A stretch of 26,984 bases of DNA from a virus (Duplodnaviria; Caudoviricetes). A program made the translations under genes and the position numbers. Positions 1 through 9,013 of this stretch are shown piece by piece. The notes beneath the pieces are model-generated. The model was not told the origin of the DNA. It saw nothing but the letters and a program-made list of their open reading frames with translations, and made no database searches. The first letter of the stretch is position 1, and the number at the start of each line of letters is the position of its first letter. The stretch lies in the IMG/VR virus record IMGVR_UViG_3300020045_016803, positions 1-26,984 of that record. One strand, given 5' to 3'.

Positions 1-121
1 CTACACACACGTGTATGTGGTAGCCACGGCGCCCGACACTGGAAACGACATAATACTGGACGCGGTACATACCGCCTACGACGAGGAAGTACCATACTAC
101 AAGAAAAAGGACATACGCCCA
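1..121. repeat. Terminal direct repeat, left copy (circular contig overlap)
   Basis: Identical to 26864-26984; an ORF reads through the join. Confidence 0.97.
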
Positions 122-232
122 CAACAGCAAAACCACCAGATCGGAAACACAACACCAGCCACGCCGGCACGATTCCCGTTTTTAAAAATCGGAATATTGG
201 TTTGCCTGGGCTACCTGATAGCACGACAATGA
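1..232 (+). CDS. 3' part of transglutaminase-like cysteine protease (starts at 26427, wraps the junction; 222 aa in total)
   Basis: THVYVV and ILDAV supply the His and Asp of the triad with GDCKS upstream; C-terminal hydrophobic anchor; stop overlaps next ATG (ATGA 229-232). Confidence 0.85.
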   Translation, partial: YTHVYVVATAPDTGNDIILDAVHTAYDEEVPYYKKKDIRPQQQNHQIGNTTPATPARFPFLKIGILVCLGYLIARQ

Positions 233-1362
233 CCCGTATCAGCACCATACACGGCTTACCGCCCTACGACGAATGGGCCGACCGCAGCGCCAACGTGGCC
301 GCCAAGGACTATTTTCCGTATCTGTCCATGACGCGGGGCCAGTTGGAGTTATCCCTGCTGCGCCAGCGGGCACAGATGTACGCCGGGTTCTATCCCGAGT
401 ACGCCACCTACACCAAAGCCGTGGCCATGCTCGACCGCGCCCTGAAAGACGGCGATACCGGCGTGAACTACATAGGCGCAGTGCCCGACGAATTGCAAGG
501 ACTGGCCGCCACCATCACCCGCGCCGCCGCGCAGCGCCAACCGGCCAGCCGCGCCGGTATGCTCACCGCCCCACGGATGGGCGAAATCATACCCGTGCAG
601 CAGCGATACGAAACCTGCATACAGCGAAGCCTGTCCGAAAAAGGGCTGCTTACTACACAGCCTCACCCATCCGACACATTAAAAACATCGGTATGGAACA
701 CCCAAAAGGGCGCCCGGGAAAGCATCATAGCCAAATGCCGAAAACTGTTCGAAGTTGAAAAAATACTGAACAGCGGCATTGAGAAAAGTGGCCACCACAT
801 GCTCTACAAGACCGTGCCCAACGGCTACGCAGTGCCCGGCGACGTGCGTACCAAACGAATCCTGCACCGCACCGGCGTGGAAGGCATGGCCGTAGTGGGC
901 GAGATAGACGCCGCCCTTATGTATATGTGGGTGGAAAACGGCATTATGCTGAAAAACACCGAGGCCCAAATAGGCCCGATGAACAGCACCTACTCCAGCC
1001 TGTACCTATCCCCCGACCCACAGAAATCCCTCGACTTATTCAAAAAATGGATGAACGGCCAACCCATTTCTGCACAGGAGAAATGGAACGCCGGAAAGGT
1101 TGCCGGTATCGGCGTCATTGACCCCATTACGGCCAAAATCATTTTGGCTATTGCAGGCGCATTGGTCGCCGCATTCGGGTTTTTGAAATCACTACGCGAG
1201 CAAAAAGACTACGCAATGGTGCAGGCCCAAGGCTTCGCCACCGATGCGTACAGCGCCAGCGAAGGGGATTGGCTTGGACAGTCATCCACGGGAGGTTTGG
1301 ACAACGGTATGTTACTGGCTATCGCAGCCGGTGGCCTGTTACTGGCAACACAAGACAAATAA
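229..1362 (+). CDS. Putative membrane-associated virion protein (~377 aa)
   Basis: ATG coupled to upstream stop; two C-terminal hydrophobic segments (IILAIAGALVAAFGFL, MLLAIAAGGLLLA); position in structural operon. Confidence 0.75.
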   Translation: MTRISTIHGLPPYDEWADRSANVAAKDYFPYLSMTRGQLELSLLRQRAQMYAGFYPEYATYTKAVAMLDRALKDGDTGVNYIGAVPDELQGLAATITRAAAQRQPASRAGMLTAPRMGEIIPVQQRYETCIQRSLSEKGLLTTQPHPSDTLKTSVWNTQKGARESIIAKCRKLFEVEKILNSGIEKSGHHMLYKTVPNGYAVPGDVRTKRILHRTGVEGMAVVGEIDAALMYMWVENGIMLKNTEAQIGPMNSTYSSLYLSPDPQKSLDLFKKWMNGQPISAQEKWNAGKVAGIGVIDPITAKIILAIAGALVAAFGFLKSLREQKDYAMVQAQGFATDAYSASEGDWLGQSSTGGLDNGMLLAIAAGGLLLATQDK

Positions 1363-1411
1363 CAAACGCCGGTAGCGTCCGGTACACTCTAACACACAAC
1401 AAACAAACACT

Positions 1412-1693
1412 ATGGCAATCGCAAAAAGAACTGCAAAACGCCGCAAAACCACGGGCGCACCGAAGCGTAAGCGGAAAGCGCGGGTCGGTGTGGCCGCAGC
1501 ACCCAAAACCACGGTAGTGCTGTCCGGCTCCAAATTTACAAAATCGGCTTGCGGGCTGAACAAAACGACCGCCTCAAAGCGGGCGGACAACATCCGTAAA
1601 GCAGGCAAAAAAGCCCGTGTAATCAAAGCAGGCAGTACCTACTGCGTGTACACCGGGAGCAAATCCAAAGCGCTTACGCGCCGCCGCGCCTGA
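1412..1693 (+). CDS. Very Lys/Arg-rich small protein, candidate genome-condensing/core protein
   Basis: 93 aa, KRTAKRRKTTGAPKRKRKAR, almost no acidic residues; A/C-rich leader. Confidence 0.7.
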   Translation: MAIAKRTAKRRKTTGAPKRKRKARVGVAAAPKTTVVLSGSKFTKSACGLNKTTASKRADNIRKAGKKARVIKAGSTYCVYTGSKSKALTRRRA

Positions 1694-1730
1694 TTCAAAA
1701 AAGTCATTCACAATCAAAAACTACATAGCC

Positions 1731-2117
1731 ATGTGTGGCTGTAACAAAAGCATCAACGGTATGAGCAAAAAAGGCATTAAAGGCTTTGGCAGTATCGGCA
1801 AAAACCTGGGCGAACTCGTGCCCGTTTTGGTCGGCTACGCCGTCGGGCAGATAGCCCAAAAACAACTTACTTTTCTTTCGGCAAACCCCACCACGGGCAA
1901 CCTGGTAAAACTGGCTGCCGGCCTGTTCATGGCCGGAAACAGCGGCTTTGTCGGTGGCATGGCCAAGGGCGTGGCCCTCAACGGCGCCGCCGGGTTTGTC
2001 ATGCCGATTCTGGAACAGTCAGGCCTCGGCCTGCTGCCGCCCGGTGTACCGGCTCGGTACATTGCCGGCATCCCGGAACCGGACCAAATCCAAACCGGCG
2101 AAACCCTGGGCTACTAA
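1731..2117 (+). CDS. Gly-rich membrane virion protein
   Basis: Several Gly/Ala-rich hydrophobic helices; directly upstream of the capsid candidate. Confidence 0.7.
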   Translation: MCGCNKSINGMSKKGIKGFGSIGKNLGELVPVLVGYAVGQIAQKQLTFLSANPTTGNLVKLAAGLFMAGNSGFVGGMAKGVALNGAAGFVMPILEQSGLGLLPPGVPARYIAGIPEPDQIQTGETLGY

Positions 2118-2175
2118 GTAGCCGAAAAACCAACTTTCACAATTTCAACATTCACGCAAAATCATTCAACACGAT

Positions 2176-2907
2176 ATGAAGCAAATTTTGCCTTCAGATG
2201 CCGGACGCTCCAACTACCTGCGCGTAGCGCAGTCGGTGGCCGCCCAATTGGGCATAGACATCAACCTGTTCATCCAAAACTACAAGTTTTACGACGATGA
2301 ACTGAAATTGTACAAATCGCTGTCACCCAGCCAAAGCCAGTACAATTTCAACCCCGTGCGCGGCCTCGACAGCGACGTGCCCACATCCAACCTCATGGAC
2401 AAAAGCGACCTGTTTGCCGTCACCGGCGTGGGCCTCATTTTCACCCGCGCCACGTATGCCAGCGCCAGCCAGTCGTTGAGCCAATACGGCAACTACGAGG
2501 AATACACATTCCCGTATGCCGCCGTGTTTTCCGGCTCCAACGAGGCCACCGGCCTGCAAAACATTGTGCGCGGTGTGGTGCAGTTGGCGGTCAACTCTGA
2601 CCAACAATGGAGCATCCCAGCCGACCGCATGGTGTACAAAAATCAGTACATCAATGCGCAAGCGCAAACGATCACCTACGGCGCCGACACGGAAGCGGAG
2701 GGCATTTTGCCCCTCAACGCCATTGTCATCATGGACGGCGAAAACCAGAACACGCTGACGGTGAACCTTGCCCCAGGCGGCACGCTCACCAACATTGACG
2801 GCAACACCAACGCCACTACCCGCAACATTTTGGGCGTGAAACTTATCGGTTTCCGCGTGCGCAACGTGGCAAACGGTGGTTTCAATGCGGCAAACTGCCG
2901 GGTGTAA
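2176..2907 (+). CDS. Candidate major capsid protein (jelly-roll type, inferred)
   Basis: 243 aa, beta-strand-like pattern, no TM, strongly biased codons, followed by a terminator; the ORF is secure, the fold is inference. Confidence 0.55.
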   Translation: MKQILPSDAGRSNYLRVAQSVAAQLGIDINLFIQNYKFYDDELKLYKSLSPSQSQYNFNPVRGLDSDVPTSNLMDKSDLFAVTGVGLIFTRATYASASQSLSQYGNYEEYTFPYAAVFSGSNEATGLQNIVRGVVQLAVNSDQQWSIPADRMVYKNQYINAQAQTITYGADTEAEGILPLNAIVIMDGENQNTLTVNLAPGGTLTNIDGNTNATTRNILGVKLIGFRVRNVANGGFNAANCRV

Positions 2908-2936
2908 CCCAAGAAGGGACGATTTTTTCAATATAT

Positions 2937-2973
2937 CGGGCGGCGGCTCTCACGCCGCTGCCCGTATTTTTTT
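2937..2973 (+). terminator. Rho-independent terminator
   Basis: CGGGCGGCGGC-tctcac-GCCGCTGCCCG followed by a T-run. Confidence 0.85.
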
Positions 2974-2999
2974 CCATCGAACAAACACACACGCATACC

Positions 3000-3437
3000 A
3001 TGTGTAAATGTGCAGCACACCGTTGCTATGAGTTGCAAGAGATTGTAACCAGCAGCGCCCAAGTAGCATTGCCGGACGATACCCGGATACGCCGAAACCT
3101 GGTAACATCTATCCAGGTGCAGCCCAGCGACCCGGCAGGCTCGTTGACGTTCCTTAGCCCGCAGGGCCGAACGCTTGCATCCTGGTCGGTGCTCAATTCA
3201 TCGTACCTGAATGTGGTAAACCAAAACGGCACCAAGTTGGCCCCTATCCCGCTTTCGGCGCTGATCCGCACCACGTCCGACCAGGAACCGCTCGCGGTGT
3301 CGTGGCAACAGATTGACCCGACACAATCATTCATCCAAATCAACACCACGGCAGCCGGCTACAATGCCGCCCATGCCATCATGCTAATGTGGGGCCTTGC
3401 TTGTGATGAATGTGGCGTCACGCCAAACAACCTGTAA
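3000..3437 (+). CDS. Candidate second/minor capsid protein (small beta-rich)
   Basis: 145 aa, beta-rich, Cys clusters at both ends; adjacent to capsid candidate. Confidence 0.5.
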   Translation: MCKCAAHRCYELQEIVTSSAQVALPDDTRIRRNLVTSIQVQPSDPAGSLTFLSPQGRTLASWSVLNSSYLNVVNQNGTKLAPIPLSALIRTTSDQEPLAVSWQQIDPTQSFIQINTTAAGYNAAHAIMLMWGLACDECGVTPNNL

Positions 3438-3454
3438 AAAACCTGAAACCGTCC

Positions 3455-4225
3455 ATGATTACAAGTTTTGAAAATCTGCGCAATTGGTTTGTACAAGCCC
3501 AGCGTACCGACGAACCGGTACACTGGAACCTGTACAGCCATATACCAGGGGAAGCCGAAAAGCGGGTAGCGTTCAACGTGGCGGTAGACGATACAAACGC
3601 CTCTTTCGAAATGCTTATGAGCAATATACGAATGATGAACAACCCAGACGGCAAGCAATTCAAAGTGATGCTTTACCCCAAGAACAAGGCAAACAACCCC
3701 TTGGCGCATTCGATAGTGCAGATTTTCGAAAAAACAAACGGATCTTCTGGAACCGCCCTACCTGCACCTGGCATTGCCGGGCTGCCGGTAGGAATGGGCA
3801 GTATTCAGGAGTATGTACAGAAAGAGGTGCAACTGGAGCGGATGAAATGGGAAATTGACGAATTGAAAAGCGCACTGGCCCAGCCGAACACCGGTTGGGA
3901 GCGTGCAGTAGAAACCATCGGCGCTATACCTGGTATAGAGAAAGCCATACAGGCATTGGTGGTTGGATTGGTGACGAAATTCAACCCCGCAGCCACGCCG
4001 GCCATACAGGCAGCCATGAACGGCACGCCTGAACCGTCGGCGGGCTACGTGGGCGAAATGGATACCGACGACGAACCGGCAGGCGACCCGCAAACCGTGT
4101 TTGCCACAAACATCCAACAGGCTGCCGCTACCCTGAAAACCGACCCGCTCACACTGGCACAGCGCATAAACCGGTTGGTGCAAACAAACCCCGAAATCGC
4201 AAAACAACTTTTGGAAAATGGGTAA
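3455..4225 (+). CDS. Hypothetical structural-module protein with coiled-coil
   Basis: ATG 3455 after upstream stop; helical C-terminal half. Confidence 0.7.
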   Translation: MITSFENLRNWFVQAQRTDEPVHWNLYSHIPGEAEKRVAFNVAVDDTNASFEMLMSNIRMMNNPDGKQFKVMLYPKNKANNPLAHSIVQIFEKTNGSSGTALPAPGIAGLPVGMGSIQEYVQKEVQLERMKWEIDELKSALAQPNTGWERAVETIGAIPGIEKAIQALVVGLVTKFNPAATPAIQAAMNGTPEPSAGYVGEMDTDDEPAGDPQTVFATNIQQAAATLKTDPLTLAQRINRLVQTNPEIAKQLLENG

Positions 4226-4529
4226 CGTAACGCTCAATTTGAAACTTCGGCCAACGACGCTGCCGCCCATGACGGCCAACGGCATCCTGACGGACATAGA
4301 GGGCGTGGCGGCAATCATATTCCAAAACACTGGTGACAGCACGTGTAGAATTTTTAACGGCATGTGGACGCTGCTACCAAACGGCGGCGTACTGGCCCTG
4401 AATGTGACCGAGCATGTAGGAAGCATTGATTTGCTAAACCTGCAAGTGACATTTACAGGCGGCACGACCAACCGCCTGGAAATACTGACCATGCGCCAAG
4501 GAAAAGACAATACGGTACTAAATTGCTAA
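4218..4529 (+). CDS. Small beta-rich virion protein (vertex/penton-like?)
   Basis: 103 aa, overlaps upstream stop, alternating hydrophobic pattern. Confidence 0.6.
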   Translation: MGNVTLNLKLRPTTLPPMTANGILTDIEGVAAIIFQNTGDSTCRIFNGMWTLLPNGGVLALNVTEHVGSIDLLNLQVTFTGGTTNRLEILTMRQGKDNTVLNC

Positions 4530-4542
4530 CCAACACCACCAC

Positions 4543-4839
4543 ATGGCACTTTTACAGGCATGGAACCCCAGCAGCGGGGGCAGCGGTTCGACGCTCGCCT
4601 GGCAACGCGACCGAGTGGTGGAAACCAATCCGTTTTCGAGCGGCTATACCATCACGCTGACCGAGGAACCGGTAGACGCAAATAGTATTGTAGTGTGGTC
4701 GCAAGGCTTGTTACTTGATACCGACGACTACGACTACACAGCCCCCGACACCATAGAAATACTTTTTTCAGGCAACCCTGCCACCGACACACCAGACGGA
4801 GAATGGGTTTTTTGGGTACAATATCCATATGCAACGTAA
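4543..4839 (+). CDS. Small acidic beta-rich virion protein
   Basis: 98 aa, immediately before the spike gene. Confidence 0.65.
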   Translation: MALLQAWNPSSGGSGSTLAWQRDRVVETNPFSSGYTITLTEEPVDANSIVVWSQGLLLDTDDYDYTAPDTIEILFSGNPATDTPDGEWVFWVQYPYAT

Positions 4840-7800
4840 AATACACAACCTGTTACTGGCCGCTCTGGCCTCCCTTCTCCTGGCAATTCCGCAACGGGCC
4901 GGGGCGCAGTGTCCCGGCCCAAGCCAGCGTACCATGCTCATCAACCTGCAACGTGCCAACGTATTCGGCGGCACCCGAGCAGGACAAATACCGCTCACCG
5001 ACACCTGCGGAAACCAGCGGTATGTGCGACAGGTACAGGTCAACCTCGATACCATCAACTACATACCGGCGCAGACGGGCAACACGGCAAACCTGTCCGA
5101 ATTTGTTTTTGATACCACGGGCGCCCTGTGGTACATTGATTGGAAGGGCGAAGCAATCGAAATGCAGGGCGGCGCCGCATGTGATCAGGATTTTTTGCAA
5201 ATTTCTGACGCCTCTTGCCCGGATAACATCAACGACAGCATCTACCACTACAAATACACGTCCATCGGCGCCCGATACGTGTGGCCAGGGGCCACGTTTT
5301 TGGTGAACGACAGCACCAACGTGAACGGCGCTTTAATGGTCATACAAGGCGACCGCGCCGTAAAACTGGCCCTGTACGACCTCACAAACGAACAGTGGAC
5401 AATGCTTTACGGAAACAACACGGACTTATCCGTGTATTTGCCCGACGGCGGCGCTTTCAATGTCACCACGGCCACCGGCACGCCTACCACGGCGGCAGCC
5501 GACATAAACCATTTCCAGGTAAATACCCTTGATAGCACCGTCACGATGAACCAATACCCCAACACGCGCCTGGATACCCAGACTGTAGCAAATTTTTTGT
5601 ACACGGATGATATTGGCACGATCAGAAGCCAAAGTGTTGATTCGTTCCCACTTGCTGGTCGTGGGGGAATTTATACTGGTAGCGGATTTGTTCCTGATTC
5701 CACACATGCCGAAATTGCCTTTGGTGGGTTTTTCCAATTCGGATACCCTACGGGGGTATTTGATCCCGCTTTTAGGATCACAGACAACCCGCCAACAACA
5801 GCCAGGCAAATAGATATGTACAGCACAAACGTGGCTGTTCAGATAAAGCCTAACACGATAACCGCCACGGCGCAAGACGAATTAAGTGCAATTGTAGATG
5901 ATGGCAATGGAACAGCCGGCAGGTTTGATGTTTTCCCTGGGTATGTCGGCCTGTATGTAGATAGTGTGGCATCTTCAACCGGATGGTCTAGGTTTGTAGC
6001 AACAGCAGATTATGCAGAACTTAATGCGTCGGACGGAGGCACTGGTGGAAGTGCATTGTTAAGGGCCTATAAAACAGCCGGTGTAGATGCTCCATACATC
6101 AATATGGCAGTAAATTATACTGCGGCAATAAATCCAGACAATTTAATTGTTATTGATACGGGTGGCGTTTGGATTAAAACAGGCGCATCTGAATACGGTA
6201 TATCTGGGCAAGTATTGCATACGGATGGACAGCGCACATATTGGGACGATGCAAGCGGAACAAGTGTGAATATATACAACAGCGACGGCAGTATAAGTAC
6301 CCAGCGCACCGTAACCCTATCAGATACCGTCCTATGGGACATAGCCAGCGCAGCCGGCGCTTTCCAGATTGAGGGACTAAACAATAGTTATTTCAGGCAG
6401 TCGGACAACGCAATAGTGACGGGTACGGGTGGCGCATCGTTCAATCTTGGCAGCGGAACACCCATTGCAATGTCCATGAGCCTGGACGCCGGCACGGCTC
6501 GTGTAACAGACAACCGGGCCGGGAAAGTTGGTATTGAATATGCCAGTGCCGGGTATGGAGCAGATTTTACCGATAGTACATTGGTGCACAGGGGCTATGT
6601 AGCAGATATGATTTCAGATAGTATTGCTGGTTCTCCAGCAAATACAAATATATACAACAGTGACGGAAGTATAAGTGTACAGCGTACCGTAACGCTGTCT
6701 GATGAATTAATATTTGATGCTGCAAACTCGGCAAGCGGAATTACATTTAATAGCTTGATTGGAACATCTTTTGAACTATATGAAGATAGGGCTTTGATTG
6801 GAGATTTAGGTAATTCTTTATTTGGTATTGCCCTAAAATATGACGCCTATTCTGGCGATATGTTTTTGGGTAATGTTTTTTCGTCTAACGATGAGTATTT
6901 CTACAGCGGATCGGGAGGGATTGGTATTTTTTCCCCAGCATCTTCTTACTTCATTGGTGGTGGTTCTACTATTATTTCGGTTAGTGGTACCGGTTATTTT
7001 AAATTTGATGATTTTAGAACCTCTAAAACTGGTATAGAATACGCAAGTGCAGGGTATGGAGCAGATTTTACCGATAGTACATTGGTGCACAGGGGCTATG
7101 TTGCAGATATGATTTCAGATAGTTTGCCTGCAAGCTTTGGCGATATTTTACAGGGTGGAAATAGTTTTGGGTCTAATATGACAATTGGCACAAACGACAA
7201 CAACGCGCTAAACATTGAAGTAAACGGAACAACAGGCTTAACGCTCGGTACAGACTATAAATTAGTGGCTACAGCCACGGTGGCGAATACGAACACGGTA
7301 GCAGATCGTTATACTATTCGTACTAACTCCAGCGGCACCCCTTCAACAAGTTTTGGAGGAGGCATACTATTCCAGGGAGAAACCACGACAACTGATAACC
7401 AGGATATGGCTCGAATTTCGTCATATTGGACGACCGCTACGCACGCAACAAGAGAGGCGGCGGTGTCTTTTCAAATACAAAATGGCGGCGGATCACTTGA
7501 AGAAGTTGTAAAAATAGATCGTGCGTCAGTATCGGGTGGTAGCATATATATAGGTCAATCTTCGCCGGTAATTATTTCTGCAAATTCGTTAATTCCTTCG
7601 AGTAACTTTATCGTTGGGAGTTCAGTTAGTACCCTAACGTTATCATCTTCCGCAAGTTCTAACCCTTCATGTATATCGTTCGTAAGTTCAGCCAGTGGCG
7701 CAACATCAACCAGCGGAATTAATTTTGGGGGGGGAACCGCGTACACGCAAACATCTGGGACAAGGAACTATGTTAATATTAATTCTGGTTTTGCGCCGAC

Positions 7801-8326
7801 GTCTGGCACCGGGGAACACAACCAATTTGTTTTTAACGGGACATTTAACCAAACTGGTGGCGCATCTGGCATAACAAGAAATATACACCTAAACCCAACA
7901 CTTACAGCAGTATCAGATTTCCGTGGCATTGACATTGCCTACTCAAACAGCAGTGCCAAAGGCGTGTACCAATCCGGCGCAAGCACGACAAATAACTTTG
8001 TTGGCGCTACTCGCTTCGGTTCCACAACCACCGCCACCGATAAACTGGAAGTAACTGGAAACCTTGCCCTAACCGATGCCGGAAATAAATTGAAAATAGC
8101 CACTGGCAGCAATGCCTCAATTGGTACTTCTACCCTAGTGGCAGGGACAGTGACAGTATCCACAACTGCGGTTTTGAGCGACAGCAAAATTTTCCTTACC
8201 ACTGCTGTGGCCGGTGGCACGCTCGGGATTTTGAGTGTAGGAACAATCACCAACGCAACTTCATTTGTCATAAACTCAAGCAGCGCGTTAGATACCTCGG
8301 AAATAAATTGGCTAATCATAAATTGA
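4829..8326 (+). CDS. Large spike/receptor-binding protein with Sec-type signal peptide
   Basis: 1165 aa, G/S/T/N-rich; N-terminus MQRK-hydrophobic-AGA|Q; internal duplicated modules; lower-GC 3' two-thirds. Confidence 0.75.
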   Translation: MQRKIHNLLLAALASLLLAIPQRAGAQCPGPSQRTMLINLQRANVFGGTRAGQIPLTDTCGNQRYVRQVQVNLDTINYIPAQTGNTANLSEFVFDTTGALWYIDWKGEAIEMQGGAACDQDFLQISDASCPDNINDSIYHYKYTSIGARYVWPGATFLVNDSTNVNGALMVIQGDRAVKLALYDLTNEQWTMLYGNNTDLSVYLPDGGAFNVTTATGTPTTAAADINHFQVNTLDSTVTMNQYPNTRLDTQTVANFLYTDDIGTIRSQSVDSFPLAGRGGIYTGSGFVPDSTHAEIAFGGFFQFGYPTGVFDPAFRITDNPPTTARQIDMYSTNVAVQIKPNTITATAQDELSAIVDDGNGTAGRFDVFPGYVGLYVDSVASSTGWSRFVATADYAELNASDGGTGGSALLRAYKTAGVDAPYINMAVNYTAAINPDNLIVIDTGGVWIKTGASEYGISGQVLHTDGQRTYWDDASGTSVNIYNSDGSISTQRTVTLSDTVLWDIASAAGAFQIEGLNNSYFRQSDNAIVTGTGGASFNLGSGTPIAMSMSLDAGTARVTDNRAGKVGIEYASAGYGADFTDSTLVHRGYVADMISDSIAGSPANTNIYNSDGSISVQRTVTLSDELIFDAANSASGITFNSLIGTSFELYEDRALIGDLGNSLFGIALKYDAYSGDMFLGNVFSSNDEYFYSGSGGIGIFSPASSYFIGGGSTIISVSGTGYFKFDDFRTSKTGIEYASAGYGADFTDSTLVHRGYVADMISDSLPASFGDILQGGNSFGSNMTIGTNDNNALNIEVNGTTGLTLGTDYKLVATATVANTNTVADRYTIRTNSSGTPSTSFGGGILFQGETTTTDNQDMARISSYWTTATHATREAAVSFQIQNGGGSLEEVVKIDRASVSGGSIYIGQSSPVIISANSLIPSSNFIVGSSVSTLTLSSSASSNPSCISFVSSASGATSTSGINFGGGTAYTQTSGTRNYVNINSGFAPTSGTGEHNQFVFNGTFNQTGGASGITRNIHLNPTLTAVSDFRGIDIAYSNSSAKGVYQSGASTTNNFVGATRFGSTTTATDKLEVTGNLALTDAGNKLKIATGSNASIGTSTLVAGTVTVSTTAVLSDSKIFLTTAVAGGTLGILSVGTITNATSFVINSSSALDTSEINWLIIN
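6269..7123 (+). repeat. Intragenic tandem module duplication (A-x-B-A'-y-B')
   Basis: NIYNSDGSISxQRTVTLSD at 6269 and 6647; GIEYASAGYGADFTDSTLVHRGYVADMISDS at 6530 and 7031. Confidence 0.92.
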
Positions 8327-8329
8327 AAC

Positions 8330-8587
8330 ATGAAAAACGACCTCATTCTTGGCATTATCATTGGCGCATCTGCTGTTATCATACTCACGCGCCGCAGCAA
8401 ACCCGCTCCGGCTATCATTCAGCCCACCGTACAGCATGGCCGGCATCTACCCTTACCGGCAGGCAATAGCGGCAACCTGACCGGGTATCGTGGCAATGTG
8501 ATGATTGCCCGTAAGCCGCAGCGGCCACAAACCTACAACCAACTCACCAACCCAGGCTACCCCATGCCGGGGTGGCAGGCCATATAA
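8330..8587 (+). CDS. Small N-terminally anchored membrane protein
   Basis: LILGIIIGASAVIILT followed by RRSK. Confidence 0.7.
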   Translation: MKNDLILGIIIGASAVIILTRRSKPAPAIIQPTVQHGRHLPLPAGNSGNLTGYRGNVMIARKPQRPQTYNQLTNPGYPMPGWQAI

Positions 8588-8593
8588 CACGCC

Positions 8594-9013
8594 ATGCCAA
8601 TCACATCTGTAAACATAGGCGGCAAATACTTCCCAATCGGGCAGATATTCGATAAAACCCTGTACGCTTCAGGGCCGGTAAAGATTTACCGAAGCGTCAT
8701 CGGGCAGCCGGTGTACACTGCCAACGCTGGGCAGCCGGTGGGCATCGTGTACAGTTATGTGGAGCGCGACGGCATATTGTGGTGGCAATTCCTCGACACC
8801 TACAATAAACCGTACTACGCCAAACACAGCCCTACGGCATTTTCGTTGTCGGCCATCGTCAACCAGGGCAGCCAGACACACCAGGAGATCGAGGAACAAA
8901 AAGAGAAAGACAAAAACCCGGTACTGTCCACCATCGCCGAAACGGCACAGCGCATACTTATGCCGGTGGCCATCGCGGCGGCGGTGTACTACCTGGTAAA
9001 AAGCACCAAGTAA
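8594..9013 (+). CDS. Small protein, SH3-like beta domain (tentative) plus C-terminal TM
   Basis: GIVYSYV..DGILWWQF pattern; C-terminal ILMPVAIAAAVYYLV. Confidence 0.65.
   Translation: MPITSVNIGGKYFPIGQIFDKTLYASGPVKIYRSVIGQPVYTANAGQPVGIVYSYVERDGILWWQFLDTYNKPYYAKHSPTAFSLSAIVNQGSQTHQEIEEQKEKDKNPVLSTIAETAQRILMPVAIAAAVYYLVKSTK

Noticed and set aside
1-121. 121-bp terminal repeat as a biological LTR/DTR
   Set aside because: It falls mid-gene, the ORF reads through, and the length is typical of an assembler k-mer overlap on a circle
6269-7123. Spike repeats as a DGR template/variable pair
   Set aside because: No reverse transcriptase in the element; differences are mostly synonymous and not adenine-specific
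7727-7734. G8 tract in the spike gene as a phase-variation site
   Set aside because: Short, in frame, encodes GGG in a Gly-rich protein; no further support
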